From assembly GCA_041661605.1 (NCBI GenBank), contig JBAZUE010000001.1, positions 670,928-734,927 on the forward strand: 64,000 nucleotides of DNA, in the 5' to 3' direction. This DNA is from Candidatus Omnitrophota bacterium. Its GTDB lineage: Bacteria > Omnitrophota > Gorgyraeia > Gygaellales > Profunditerraquicolaceae. A model generated the notes under the pieces. It made no database searches. It saw only the letters and a list, made by a program, of their open reading frames with translations, and had not been told where the DNA came from. Shown piece after piece: positions 29,996 through 39,984 of the stretch. The translations under genes and the position numbers were made by a program. Position 1 is the stretch's first letter. Each line of letters opens with the position of its first letter.

Positions 29996-30558
29996 TTTAA
30001 CTTAATAAAGTTATCCAATATCTGCTTTCCGCTTTTAGTAAGTATAGATTCCGGATGAAACTGCACACCCCAGACAGGATATGCTTTATGCTTTAGCCCC
30101 ATAATCTCATCTTCAGATGTAGACGCGGTTATCTCAAGGCAGGCAGGCAGGCTTTTCTTTTCAACCAATAAAGAATGGTATCGCGTAGCTATAAAAGGAT
30201 TGGTTATCCCCTTAAAGATATCTTTCTTATTATGGTATATTTTGGAGGTCTTGCCGTGCATAAGCTTTTTGGCTCCCACTATCTTAGCTCCATAAACGAA
30301 CCCTATTGCCTGATGACCAAGACAAACTCCCAGGATGGGGATCTTGCCGCTGAATTCACGGATAACATCGCAGGAGATACCCGCATCTTCCGGCCTGCCC
30401 GGGCCGGGCGATATAACTATCTTTGCAGGGTTAAGTTTTTTAATATCCTCAATACTTAATGCGTCATTGCGGTAAACTTTGACTACCTGGCCCAGTTCCC
30501 CTAAATACTGCACCAGGTTGTAAGTAAAGGAATCATAATTATCAATCATTAGAATCAT
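29992..30558 (-). CDS. trpG: Anthranilate synthase component II / aminodeoxychorismate synthase glutamine amidotransferase
   Basis: Class I GATase: GVCLGHQ nucleophile elbow, FHPES; 188 aa; 4-nt overlap with the murA stop. Confidence 0.9.
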   Translation of the reverse strand: MILMIDNYDSFTYNLVQYLGELGQVVKVYRNDALSIEDIKKLNPAKIVISPGPGRPEDAGISCDVIREFSGKIPILGVCLGHQAIGFVYGAKIVGAKKLMHGKTSKIYHNKKDIFKGITNPFIATRYHSLLVEKKSLPACLEITASTSEDEIMGLKHKAYPVWGVQFHPESILTKSGKQILDNFIKLK

Positions 30559-31817
30559 TCTTTTTCTCTCCAGACTTTTGCCCCCAGGCTAACCAGTTTC
30601 TGCTCGATGTTTTCATATCCGCGCTCTAAGTGATAAATCCTGGAGATTGATGTTTTTCCGCGCGCAGCCAATCCCGCCAGAACCAGGCAGGCAGAGGCAC
30701 GCAGGTCAGATGCCATAACCGGAGCCCCGGATAAACTCTTTATGCCCTCAACAATAGCATGCGGCCCCTCTCTTTGGATATGCGCGCCCATACGGTTAAG
30801 CTCCGAGACATGCATAAACCTGTCGGGGTAGATCTTTTCGGTAATTACGCTTATTCCCGGCGTAATTGACATTAAACTCATCATCTGCGCCTGCATATCG
30901 GTAGGAAAACCCGGGTAAGGAAGAGTGGTTATATTTACAGATTTTAATCTCCTGTTGCCTTTAACATGCAAAACCCCATCGACATGCAGAAGATTCGCCC
31001 CCGCCTCATTCAATTTATCGATCAAAGATCCCAGATGCTGATACTGCACATTTTTAATTAATAAATCCCCTCCGGTGACCAAGGAAGCCAGGATTAAAGT
31101 ACCGGCTTCAATACGGTCGGGAATTATAGAATGCGTAGCTCCATGCAAATGTTTTACCCCTTCTATTTCAATAACCGGAGTACCATGCCCCTTAATCCTT
31201 GCGCCCATTTTAATCAGGAATTCCGCTAAATCCGATACCTCCGGTTCACAAGCCGCCGACTCAATTATGGTCTTGCCTTTGGCCAAAACCGCAGCCATCA
31301 TCACATTATCAGTAGCTAAAACTGACGAACCATATACGCCGCCTAAATAAACATATGCGCCTTTTAACTTGGTTGTCTTAGCGATTACATATCCGGAATC
31401 AATACTTATATCAGCCCCTAAAGCCTTAATACCTTTAAGATGCAAATCTACGGGGCGTACGCCGATAACACAGCCTCCCGGAAGCGAAACCTTGGCTTTC
31501 TTGAGTTTTCCTAAAAGCGGACCCAAAACACAAAATGAAGCACGCATAGTAGAAACCAGTTTATATTCGGCGATATAACTTGCGGCCTTACCGGCGCAAA
31601 CACTGACTTTGCCTTTATCAAACTCGGCGCACTTTCCTAACGCGCGCAAGATCTTCAACATACTATTGGTATCGCGCAGGTTCGGCACACCTTTAATTAC
31701 GCACGGCTCATCAGTAAGCAGGGTTGCGGCCAAAATTGGCAGCACCGCATTTTTTGCTCCTGAAACAGTAACTTCCCCTTTTAGCTTAACCCCTCCTTCA
31801 ATAACAAGTTTATCCAT
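30555..31817 (-). CDS. murA: UDP-N-acetylglucosamine 1-carboxyvinyltransferase
   Basis: 420 aa; MDKLVIEGGVKLKGEVTVSGAKNAVLPILAA; active-site loop LPGGCVIGVRPVDLHL. Confidence 0.97.
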   Translation of the reverse strand: MDKLVIEGGVKLKGEVTVSGAKNAVLPILAATLLTDEPCVIKGVPNLRDTNSMLKILRALGKCAEFDKGKVSVCAGKAASYIAEYKLVSTMRASFCVLGPLLGKLKKAKVSLPGGCVIGVRPVDLHLKGIKALGADISIDSGYVIAKTTKLKGAYVYLGGVYGSSVLATDNVMMAAVLAKGKTIIESAACEPEVSDLAEFLIKMGARIKGHGTPVIEIEGVKHLHGATHSIIPDRIEAGTLILASLVTGGDLLIKNVQYQHLGSLIDKLNEAGANLLHVDGVLHVKGNRRLKSVNITTLPYPGFPTDMQAQMMSLMSITPGISVITEKIYPDRFMHVSELNRMGAHIQREGPHAIVEGIKSLSGAPVMASDLRASACLVLAGLAARGKTSISRIYHLERGYENIEQKLVSLGAKVWREKE

Positions 31818-31824
31818 CTTTAAG

Positions 31825-32607
31825 CTACCTCTTCTTAGCCATAACTACACGTTCAATATTATTATAATCTTTAATCAGGGTCAACTGATCAAAGCCTTCT
31901 TTCTCAAGCATCCCTTTAACAAAATAAGCCTGATTAATCCCTACCTCAAGGATTAAGCAGCCTTTATCCTTTAAATAATCTGCCGCCTGTGAAATTATGC
32001 GGCGGTAAAAATCTAAACCATCGGCGCCTGCCTTTAACGCTAAGGGCGGTTCAAAAGAGATCTCTTTGGCCAAAGCACTGAATTCTCCAGTTGATATATA
32101 AGGAGGATTGCTGGTAATTAAATCAAATTTATCATTTTTAAATTTTAGCGCATCGAAAAGATCACTCTGTACGAATTTAATTTCTACGTTATTTAAAGCA
32201 GCATTCTCTCCGGCTAATTGCAAAGCCACACTTGATATATCGCTGGCCCAAACATCTGCATACTTGAGGCTTTTAGCTATTGAAACAGCAATGCAGCCTG
32301 TACCTGTGCCAAGATCCAAAATCTTCGGCGATATGATATTCATTTGCCGTAATTGGCTTAAAGCATGCTCAACCAAAATCTCTGTCTCCGGCCGGGGGAT
32401 CAATGCGCGGTTATCCACCTTAAACTTCAATCCCATAAATTCGGTTTCACCCAGGATATACTGCACAGGCTCGCCAAGGATCCTGCGTTTTAGTATTGAA
32501 GAAAGTAACGCGGATTTATCGCCGCTTAAGTTCATATCCTTGTTCAAATACAGGGACAAGCGGTTACAATCTAAAACATGAGTTAAAACTAATTCAGCCT
32601 CGTTCAC
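31825..32607 (-). CDS. prmC: Release factor glutamine N5-methyltransferase
   Basis: [13 protein letters not shown] motif and NPPY; follows prfA with a 14-nt overlap. Confidence 0.9.
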   Translation of the reverse strand: MNEAELVLTHVLDCNRLSLYLNKDMNLSGDKSALLSSILKRRILGEPVQYILGETEFMGLKFKVDNRALIPRPETEILVEHALSQLRQMNIISPKILDLGTGTGCIAVSIAKSLKYADVWASDISSVALQLAGENAALNNVEIKFVQSDLFDALKFKNDKFDLITSNPPYISTGEFSALAKEISFEPPLALKAGADGLDFYRRIISQAADYLKDKGCLILEVGINQAYFVKGMLEKEGFDQLTLIKDYNNIERVVMAKKR

Positions 32608-33658
32608 TCTTTTTTTCTTCTTCCGCTTTTAACAGGGCCTCTGTCAGTTCATCCATCTGGCCCTCTAAGATTGCCTCTAGTTGATGCGAAGTAAAATTAA
32701 TCCTGTGGTCTGTAACCCGGCGGTCAGGAAAATTATAAGTGCGGATCTTCTCGCTGCGGTCACCGGTACCGATTTGAATCTTTCTTGCGCTGGATAATCT
32801 CTTTGCCTCTGCTTCAATTTTGGACTCTAAAATGCGCGCGCGTAAAACCCTCATTGCCTTAGCCTTATTCTTTATTTGCGAACGTTCATCCTGACAGGCA
32901 ACCACCGTGCCAGTAGGGGTGTGAGTAATCCTTACCGCTGAATCGGTTTTCTGCATATGTTGTCCACCCGGGCCGCTTGAGCGATAGGTATCTATTCTTA
33001 AATCTTTAGGCTCAATCACCAGGTCAACCTCTTCCGGCTCAACCAGGACCGCAACCGTAGCGGTAGAAGTATGAATACGGCCCTGCGCCTCGGTAGTAGG
33101 AACACGCTGCACGCGATGCACTCCGCTTTCAAATTTCAGGCAGCGAAAAGCATCTTTGCCTTTTACGCTGAAAGTGATCTCTTTGATCCCGCCGGCTTCA
33201 TTAGTGCTGGCAAACATGGGTTCAAGCGTCCATCCTTTATTATCCGCGTATTTAGAATACATGCGGTAGAGATCCGCCGCAAAAAGCCCTGCCTCATCCC
33301 CTCCCGTGCCCTGCCTGATTTCAACTATACAGGCGCGCCCGGCATCCCTATCCTCTCCGGCAAGGATTTTCTTCAACTTAAGTTCTATATCCGCTTTCCT
33401 GGTATCAAGATCTTTAATTTCCTGATGTACCAGCTCGTGATAATCCTCGTCGTGCTTCTGAAGCAATACCTCTTCAAGCTCTTGAGCTTCTTTTAGCAAA
33501 CTTCTGAATTCTCGGTATAAAACTACCGCCGGTTTTATATCAGAAAGCTCTTTAGCCAGTTTATTATACAACTTGCGGTCAGCAATCAACTCATGGCTGG
33601 CTAAAAGCTGCTCAAGCTCCTGATAGCGGGCTTCTAATTTTTCCAGTTGTTCGCTCAT
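32594..33658 (-). CDS. prfA: Peptide chain release factor 1
   Basis: [17 protein letters not shown] (PxT tripeptide region), [11 protein letters not shown] (GGQ). Confidence 0.95.
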   Translation of the reverse strand: MSEQLEKLEARYQELEQLLASHELIADRKLYNKLAKELSDIKPAVVLYREFRSLLKEAQELEEVLLQKHDEDYHELVHQEIKDLDTRKADIELKLKKILAGEDRDAGRACIVEIRQGTGGDEAGLFAADLYRMYSKYADNKGWTLEPMFASTNEAGGIKEITFSVKGKDAFRCLKFESGVHRVQRVPTTEAQGRIHTSTATVAVLVEPEEVDLVIEPKDLRIDTYRSSGPGGQHMQKTDSAVRITHTPTGTVVACQDERSQIKNKAKAMRVLRARILESKIEAEAKRLSSARKIQIGTGDRSEKIRTYNFPDRRVTDHRINFTSHQLEAILEGQMDELTEALLKAEEEKKSERG

Positions 33659-33692
33659 GGGTTAAATCCTTATAACAAAATACTTATAACAA

Positions 33693-33771
33693 TATCCTCG
33701 CTCGCACCTGCTCGCGAGGATAAGTTCGGCCAAACGACTTAGCTTCGCTTTTCGCTCGCTAAGTCGTGGCC
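33693..33771 (-). repeat. Two-hairpin module downstream of rpmE (copy 1; terminator-like)
   Basis: Hairpin B 33728-33771 (GGCCA-AA-CGACTTAGC/GCTAAGTCG-TGGCC) ends 4 nt from the rpmE stop. Hairpin A 33693-33722 (tatcctcgctcgcacctgctcgcgaggata) is followed on the minus strand by UUGUUAUAAG. Confidence 0.7.
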
Positions 33772-33775
33772 TCAC

Positions 33776-33976
33776 TTATTTCTTGCCGTACTTCTTCATA
33801 AACTTATCCACGCGGCCGGCGGAATCCACTAACTTTTGCTTTCCGGTAAAGAATGGATGACACTTTGAACAGATTTCAACGCGAATACTCGGTTTAGTTG
33901 AACGCGTATGCACTGTCTCACCGCAGGCGCAGACAATCGTGCTGTCTTTGTAATTAGGATGTATCTTCTCTTTCAT
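33776..33976 (-). CDS. rpmE: 50S ribosomal protein L31
   Basis: 66 aa, MKEKIHPNY..., C-x-C...[12 protein letters not shown] zinc form. Confidence 0.95.
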   Translation of the reverse strand: MKEKIHPNYKDSTIVCACGETVHTRSTKPSIRVEICSKCHPFFTGKQKLVDSAGRVDKFMKKYGKK

Positions 33977-34022
33977 TTTATTACCCCCTTCATTAATTAG
34001 TTTGTAATAACCTTATTATCAA

Positions 34023-34102
34023 TATCCTCGCTCGCACCTGCTCGCAAGGATAACCTCGGGCAAATAAGTTACGTCGCTCTTTGAGCTCCGTAACTTATGC
34101 CC
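34023..34102 (-). repeat. Two-hairpin module downstream of rho (copy 2; terminator-like)
   Basis: Hairpin B 34058-34102 (GGGCA-AA-TAAGTTACG/CGTAACTTA-TGCCC) ends 4 nt from the rho stop. Hairpin A 34023-34052 is 29/30 identical to copy 1 and is followed by UUGAUAAUAAG. Confidence 0.7.
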
Positions 34103-34106
34103 TCGC

Positions 34107-35366
34107 TTATTTTTGGTTCATGCTGTTTAAGAATTCTTCATTATTCTTGGTCTTGCTTAATTTCTCTATCAACAACTCCATGGCCTCCACATTGTTTAAT
34201 TCATTCAACACTTTTCGTAAGATCCATGTCTTCTGTAATACATCCGGTTTGACTAAAAGCTCTTCATGGCGGGTATTGGAGCGCTTAATGTCAATTGCCG
34301 GGTAAATCCTGCGCTGGAACAAGTTGCGGTCCAGCTGAGTTTCCATATTGCCTGTCCCCTTGAACTCTTCAAAGATAACTTCATCCATACGGCTGCCGGT
34401 ATCAACCAGTGCAGTAGCAATAATAGTTAAGCTGCCTCCTTCATCTACTGCGCGCGCTGCCCCAAAAAACCTTTTAGGTTTCTGCAGGGCGTTGGAATCA
34501 ATACCTCCTGAGAGGACTTTGCCGCTATGCGGGACCACAGAGTTATAAGCACGCGCCAGGCGGGTAATGCTATCCAACAGGATAACCACATCGCGTTTAT
34601 GCTCAACCAGCCGCTTAGCCTTTTCCAGGACAATCTCGGCAACCTGCACGTGGCGTTCAGGCGGCTCATCAAAAGTAGAAGAAATTACCTCACCTTTGAC
34701 ATTACGCTGCATATCCGTAACTTCCTCCGGCCTCTCATCAATCAAAAGTACGATCAAGACCACATCCGGATTATTGCTGGTAATGGCATTGGCAATCTTC
34801 TGCAATAAAACGGTTTTACCGCTGTATGGCTGGGCAACAATCAAGCCTCTTTGGCCTTTTCCGATAGGAGTAAGCAGGCCCATAATACGCATGGATATTT
34901 CATCCGGCTTGGTCTCCATGTTAAACGGCTGGCGCGGATAAACCGGAGTAAGGTTATCAAAAAGAACTTTTTCCTTAACCTCTTCGGGATTTTCAAAGTT
35001 AACCGCCTCCACCTTAAGTAAAGCAAAATATTTCTCCCCTTCTTTAGGAGGCCGGATCTGGCCGCTTACCGTATCCCCTGTACGCAGTTCAAATTTCCTA
35101 ATCTGCGATGGAGAAATATAAATATCATCCGGACAGGGCAGATAATTATAATTCGGGCTTCTTAAAAAACCAAAACCTTCGGAAAGTATCTCCAGCACAC
35201 CCTCGCCGAACATCAGGCCTTCTTTTTCTGCCTGGGCCTGGAGTATCTTGAAAATCAGGTCCTGTTTTTTTAAACCGCTGGTGCCGTTTGCATTTAAATC
35301 TTTAGCCAGTTTATTCAACTCGCCAATCTTCATCTCTTTAAGGTTCTTAATATCTAACTTTTCCAC
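34107..35366 (-). CDS. rho: Transcription termination factor Rho
   Basis: 419 aa; N-terminal Rho_N and CSD-like RNA-binding domains, ATPase core ([28 protein letters not shown]). Confidence 0.97.
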   Translation of the reverse strand: MEKLDIKNLKEMKIGELNKLAKDLNANGTSGLKKQDLIFKILQAQAEKEGLMFGEGVLEILSEGFGFLRSPNYNYLPCPDDIYISPSQIRKFELRTGDTVSGQIRPPKEGEKYFALLKVEAVNFENPEEVKEKVLFDNLTPVYPRQPFNMETKPDEISMRIMGLLTPIGKGQRGLIVAQPYSGKTVLLQKIANAITSNNPDVVLIVLLIDERPEEVTDMQRNVKGEVISSTFDEPPERHVQVAEIVLEKAKRLVEHKRDVVILLDSITRLARAYNSVVPHSGKVLSGGIDSNALQKPKRFFGAARAVDEGGSLTIIATALVDTGSRMDEVIFEEFKGTGNMETQLDRNLFQRRIYPAIDIKRSNTRHEELLVKPDVLQKTWILRKVLNELNNVEAMELLIEKLSKTKNNEEFLNSMNQK

Positions 35367-35378
35367 AAAATCCTCCTT

Positions 35379-36005
35379 TTAGCTTCTTCCAGAAATACCC
35401 TTGCGAGCGAGGGTCCTCCTTATCTCGGAAACCTGTTTCCGAGTTTTACTGATTTGACCGCTATTATCTATTATAAAATCCGCTAGGCGCAGCTTTGCGC
35501 TTTGCGAAATCTGGTATTTTATTCTCCGGGAAATTTCATCTTTGCTTAAAGCCAGCCTTTTTTGACTGCGTAAAATCTGCTGCTGCCTCCTGGCCGTAAC
35601 CACCACCAGCTTATCAACCATCTTTCTTAACCCCGCCTCAATAATCAAAGCCGCATCCAGGATTATAATTTTCTTTCTTGAATCCTTGATGCGCCGCCTG
35701 ATTTCGGGGATAAGTGCCCGATGGACAATACTGTTGAGCCTGGCTAAGGCGGCTTTATCAGCGAAAACAATTTCTGCTAACTTAGCACGGTCAATACGTT
35801 TGTTATATTTGAGAACGCCGCGGCCAAAAGAAGCGACAATTTTATTATATACAGCACTACCAATACTAAAGGTCTCGTGCGCCAGCCTGTCCGCATCAAT
35901 AATCTGGCAATCATTTGTTTTAAACATCCTGGCTACGGTGCTTTTTCCGGATCCCATGCTGCCGGTAATCCCTAAAACTAATTTAGTTTTCTTTTGCTTG
36001 AGCAT
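35379..36005 (-). CDS. coaE: Dephospho-CoA kinase
   Basis: P-loop LGITGSMGSGKST. The last ~12 codons read through a hairpin (35397-35414), so the exact 3' end is uncertain. Confidence 0.88.
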   Translation of the reverse strand: MLKQKKTKLVLGITGSMGSGKSTVARMFKTNDCQIIDADRLAHETFSIGSAVYNKIVASFGRGVLKYNKRIDRAKLAEIVFADKAALARLNSIVHRALIPEIRRRIKDSRKKIIILDAALIIEAGLRKMVDKLVVVTARRQQQILRSQKRLALSKDEISRRIKYQISQSAKLRLADFIIDNSGQISKTRKQVSEIRRTLARKGISGRS

Positions 36006-37371
36006 ATAGCTGGATATATTTCTTAGCGGAAGCCTCCCAGGAAAAATTACATTTCATGGCATTACTCATCAGGCGCGCCCACTTCTTCTTGTCTTTAAAA
36101 ACAAGTATGGCTTTCTTAACAACCTTAATGAACTCTTCTCTGGTGTGGCCGGTAAAAACAAAACCATTATTCTTATCTATGGTATCGGCAAGGCCTCCAG
36201 TCTTAAAAACCAGGGGAACCGTGCCATAGCGTAAACTGATCAACTGCCCAAGGCCGCATGGTTCATACTTTGAAAGCATGAGAAAAATATCGCTGCCGGC
36301 ATAAATCTTATGCGCCAGAGGGTCATCGAACTTTATATTTAAAGAGATTGTTTCCGGATATTTCTTCTGCGCCGATTTCAGGATCTGATGGTATTTTAAA
36401 TCTCCCGTCCCTAAAATAACCAGCTGCGCTCCCATTTTGTTTATCTCATCTATGCCCTGGGCAAGGATATCAAAACCCTTCGCTTCCACCAGGCGCGAAA
36501 CGATACCCAAAACAGGGATATCTTTGTTTACCGGCAGCCCGCATATTGCCTGAAGTTTTTCTTTGTTAAAACTTTTATTCTCCATGTTTTGTATGGAGAA
36601 ATTCTGCGCGATAAACTTATCCATGCCTGGATCCCAAAGGTAATAATCCAATCCATTGATGATGCCGCTTAAAACACTCCTGCGCTGTTTTAACAGGCCG
36701 TCTAAGCCGAAACCAAGTTCCTCTGTCTGGATCTCCCTGGCATAAGTGGGGCTGACCGTGTTAATAAAATCAGAAAAAACTATTCCGCCTTTTAACAGGC
36801 TGACTTGATTATAAAATTCAAGGCCGGAGACATCAAAAAGGCTCTTATCCAAACCCAGCTTTACAAATTCCTCTTTCGGAAACAATCCCTGATAACCAAG
36901 ATTATGTATAGTCAGAATACATTTCATTCTGCTGTAAAATTTATCATTAGAATATGAATTTTTCAGGTAAACAGCCGCAAGGCTGGCCTGCCAGTCGTGC
37001 AAATGCAGAATATCGGCAGTAAAATTGATTTCTTTTAACAAATCCAGCGCCCGGCGGCAGAAGAAAGCAAACCTCTCCAGGTTATCCTTATAATCTGCCT
37101 CCTTATTCCCGTACAGGCCGTCACGGTTAAAATATAAATCATTCTCTATAAAATAAACTTTTATATTCGCCCCTATAGCCGCCGATACTATATCTTTGGA
37201 AATTCTCATGAGCCTGAATTTACTATCCGTTACGCATTTGTATCTGGGCATAATGATAATTACCTCCTGCCCGTGATCCTCTAAAGCTAACGGTAAAGCG
37301 CCCACCACATCGGCAAGACCGCCGGTTTTAGCAAAAGGCACTACCTCAGAAGCAAACATCGCTATCTTCAT
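35983..37371 (-). CDS. glgA: Glycogen synthase (ADP-glucose type)
   Basis: MKIAMFASEVVPFAKTGGLADVVGALP (KTGGL motif). ATG at 37371 with a GGGAGG SD; overlaps the polA stop. The ORF track begins one TTG codon earlier. Confidence 0.9.
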   Translation of the reverse strand: MKIAMFASEVVPFAKTGGLADVVGALPLALEDHGQEVIIIMPRYKCVTDSKFRLMRISKDIVSAAIGANIKVYFIENDLYFNRDGLYGNKEADYKDNLERFAFFCRRALDLLKEINFTADILHLHDWQASLAAVYLKNSYSNDKFYSRMKCILTIHNLGYQGLFPKEEFVKLGLDKSLFDVSGLEFYNQVSLLKGGIVFSDFINTVSPTYAREIQTEELGFGLDGLLKQRRSVLSGIINGLDYYLWDPGMDKFIAQNFSIQNMENKSFNKEKLQAICGLPVNKDIPVLGIVSRLVEAKGFDILAQGIDEINKMGAQLVILGTGDLKYHQILKSAQKKYPETISLNIKFDDPLAHKIYAGSDIFLMLSKYEPCGLGQLISLRYGTVPLVFKTGGLADTIDKNNGFVFTGHTREEFIKVVKKAILVFKDKKKWARLMSNAMKCNFSWEASAKKYIQLYAQAKEN

Positions 37372-39932
37372 CAAATAGCCTCCCTGTCTTCCGGCCAGGC
37401 AAGCATATCCAGCCAGTTCTTTCCCCTTTTCATATCTATTTTTACCGGTACATCAAGTTTCTTGACCTGTTCCATTTCTTTTTTCACCAACCCGCCTAAA
37501 ACCTTCAGTTCCGCATTCGGTAAATCAAAAACCAACTCATCGTGAATTTGCAGGATCATTTTGCTTTCCAGGGAGTTGTCTTTAATCTGCTGGGATATCT
37601 TAACCATCGCCAGTTTAATCAAATCACTGGCAGTGCCCTGGATAGGGGTATTTACCGCCTGCCGCTCGGCAAACTGCCGGATACCCATGTTTTTGCTGTT
37701 GATCTCGGGGAGATATCTTCTCCTGCCCATAAGCGTCGTGACAAACCCGTCAGTCCTTGCCTTATTAATTTGCGCATCAATAAAATCTCTTACCTTTGGA
37801 TAACGTAGAAAATAAGCATCAATAAAATCCTGGGCCTGGTTAATCGGAATTGCCAAATCCTTGCTTAAACCATACGCGCTCTGTCCATAGACTATGCCAA
37901 AATTCACTCTTTTAGCCACCTCGCGCATATTGTCAACAACCTCTGCCTCACTAACATTATAGATCAATGAAGCAGTCAGCCTGTGTACATCCTGGTTCCC
38001 ATGAAATGCCTCAATTAAAGTTTTATCTCCGCAAAGATGCGCCAACACTCTCAGTTCTATCTGCGAATAATCACAAGATAACAGACAGTGATCTTTGCCT
38101 GAAGCGATAATTGCCTGGCGTATCTTACTGCCAATATCTGTTTTAATCGGAATATTCTGCAAATTAGGGTTACTTGAACTAAGCCTTCCCGTCTCGGTAC
38201 CTGTTTGATTAAAAGAAGTATGAACCCTTGCCGTTTCAGGGTCTACCAGCTTAGGCAAGGCGTCAACATAAGTATTTTTTAATTTAGTCAACTGCCGGTA
38301 CTCCAATAACAGCGCCGGTAGCGCATGCTTTTCGCTCAGCCGTCTGAGCACCTCCTCATCGGTAGAGGGACCGGTTTTTGTTTTCTTGATTACCGGAAGC
38401 TTAAGCTTCTCAAATAAAACCTGGCCCAGTTGTTTCGGAGAATTGATATTAAATTGCGTTCCGCTTACTTCATAAATATCCGCGATTAATTTTATCAACC
38501 TCTTTTCAATGTCGCGCGAAAGTTCTTTAAGTAATTTTAAATCCAGTTTTATCCCTTCCTGCTCCATTTGCGCCAGGACGCTGACTAAGGGCATCTCAAG
38601 CTCCACAAACAACTGCAATAAACCCTTTTCTTCTAAAGCCTTCTTAAGTACTGTTTTTAATTTTTCCAACAGGACCAAAGCGTTTTTTGCCTCCAGGCTC
38701 TCCTGACGGATAAACTCTCCAAGGTTTTCTAATGCTAAATCGACAAGCGCGTAGCTTGAGCGCGAAGGATTCAACAAATAAGCGGCGATCATAACATCAA
38801 AATCCAGGCCGTTCAAAATCAAACCTTCCCTAAAAAGAGAAACTTTCATTTTCTTGAGGTCATAGCCTGTCTTTTTTATCCGGCCGTTGCTTATTGCCGC
38901 AGCCAACTCTCCTTCTGATTGCTTAGCGCTGAATATTTTATCTCCGATAGCAAAGAATAAATCTTCGGCTTTATCTCCATACAGCGCAAGCTCAACGGTA
39001 TTCTTTAGTAAATCTTTTAGTTCCGCCGGGCTAGAATTATGTAAATTAACCTCTGAAATATCATCTTGCATATCAGGAAGCTCTCTAAGCAGGCTCTTAA
39101 ACTCCAGCCTTTTAAAAATCCTGCCCAGCTCCTTATAATCCGGTTCCTCAAGTTTAGCCTTCTTCAAATCCAGTTCCATGCCGACGTGCTCATTCAGGTT
39201 TATCAGTTCCCTGTTCAGCTTTATGCGCTCAAGGTGCTCCAATATCGCTCCCCTAATTTTCTCAGGCTGGACCTTTGCGGCATTCTTAAGCAGTTTATCC
39301 AAAGAACCAAATTCAAGGATTAATTTTCCCGCAGTCTTCTCGCCTATTCCGGGAACCCCCGGGATATTATCTGCGTCATCTCCCATAAGCGCGATGACGT
39401 CCGCCGTCATCTTCGGGCTGACCCCGAAAAACTCTTTAACTTTTTCAGTATCATAAAGCACTCCATTATCTTTATAGGGGTTAAATACCGAGATACGACT
39501 ATTGACTAACTGCAGGATGTCTTTATCACTGCTTACGATTGTAACGCGCATCTTCTTGACCGCAGCCTTTCTGGCAAGTTCGGCAATAACATCATCCGCT
39601 TCAAAACCTTTTTTTTCAAAAATAGGGATTCCATAAGCGCTGATAACCTCTTTAATTATAGGTATCTGGCTGCTTAGGCCGTCAGGCATCGCCGGCCTGT
39701 GCATTTTGTACTGCGGGAACTTCTCCAGGCGGAAGGTATCCCGTGAAACATCGAAACAACAGATTAGATAGTCCGGTTTCTGCTCTTTTAAAATCTTATT
39801 AAGGATATTTAAGAATCCGTAAACCGCGTTGGTAGGCTGTCCGGAAGCAGTAGCCAATCCGCTTAAGGCATAAAAAGCCCGGTAACAGAAAGCGGTCGCA
39901 TCAACCAAAAATAAACTCTTATCAGCCATCAA
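37371..39932 (-). CDS. polA: DNA polymerase I (5' nuclease + vestigial 3'-5' exo + polymerase)
   Basis: 853 aa; 5'-3' exo N-terminus, pol motifs A (LLSCDYSQIELRVLAH), B (RQFAERQAVNTPIQGTASD) and C (QIHDE). The Exo I DxE motif is absent and the Exo III region is Taq-like (AAYLLNPS). Confidence 0.97.
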   Translation of the reverse strand: MMADKSLFLVDATAFCYRAFYALSGLATASGQPTNAVYGFLNILNKILKEQKPDYLICCFDVSRDTFRLEKFPQYKMHRPAMPDGLSSQIPIIKEVISAYGIPIFEKKGFEADDVIAELARKAAVKKMRVTIVSSDKDILQLVNSRISVFNPYKDNGVLYDTEKVKEFFGVSPKMTADVIALMGDDADNIPGVPGIGEKTAGKLILEFGSLDKLLKNAAKVQPEKIRGAILEHLERIKLNRELINLNEHVGMELDLKKAKLEEPDYKELGRIFKRLEFKSLLRELPDMQDDISEVNLHNSSPAELKDLLKNTVELALYGDKAEDLFFAIGDKIFSAKQSEGELAAAISNGRIKKTGYDLKKMKVSLFREGLILNGLDFDVMIAAYLLNPSRSSYALVDLALENLGEFIRQESLEAKNALVLLEKLKTVLKKALEEKGLLQLFVELEMPLVSVLAQMEQEGIKLDLKLLKELSRDIEKRLIKLIADIYEVSGTQFNINSPKQLGQVLFEKLKLPVIKKTKTGPSTDEEVLRRLSEKHALPALLLEYRQLTKLKNTYVDALPKLVDPETARVHTSFNQTGTETGRLSSSNPNLQNIPIKTDIGSKIRQAIIASGKDHCLLSCDYSQIELRVLAHLCGDKTLIEAFHGNQDVHRLTASLIYNVSEAEVVDNMREVAKRVNFGIVYGQSAYGLSKDLAIPINQAQDFIDAYFLRYPKVRDFIDAQINKARTDGFVTTLMGRRRYLPEINSKNMGIRQFAERQAVNTPIQGTASDLIKLAMVKISQQIKDNSLESKMILQIHDELVFDLPNAELKVLGGLVKKEMEQVKKLDVPVKIDMKRGKNWLDMLAWPEDREAI

Positions 39933-39984
39933 TTAAGTATAAAAGGAATTCAATATAGGGAAAGGTTTCTTGCAGTACGCGATC

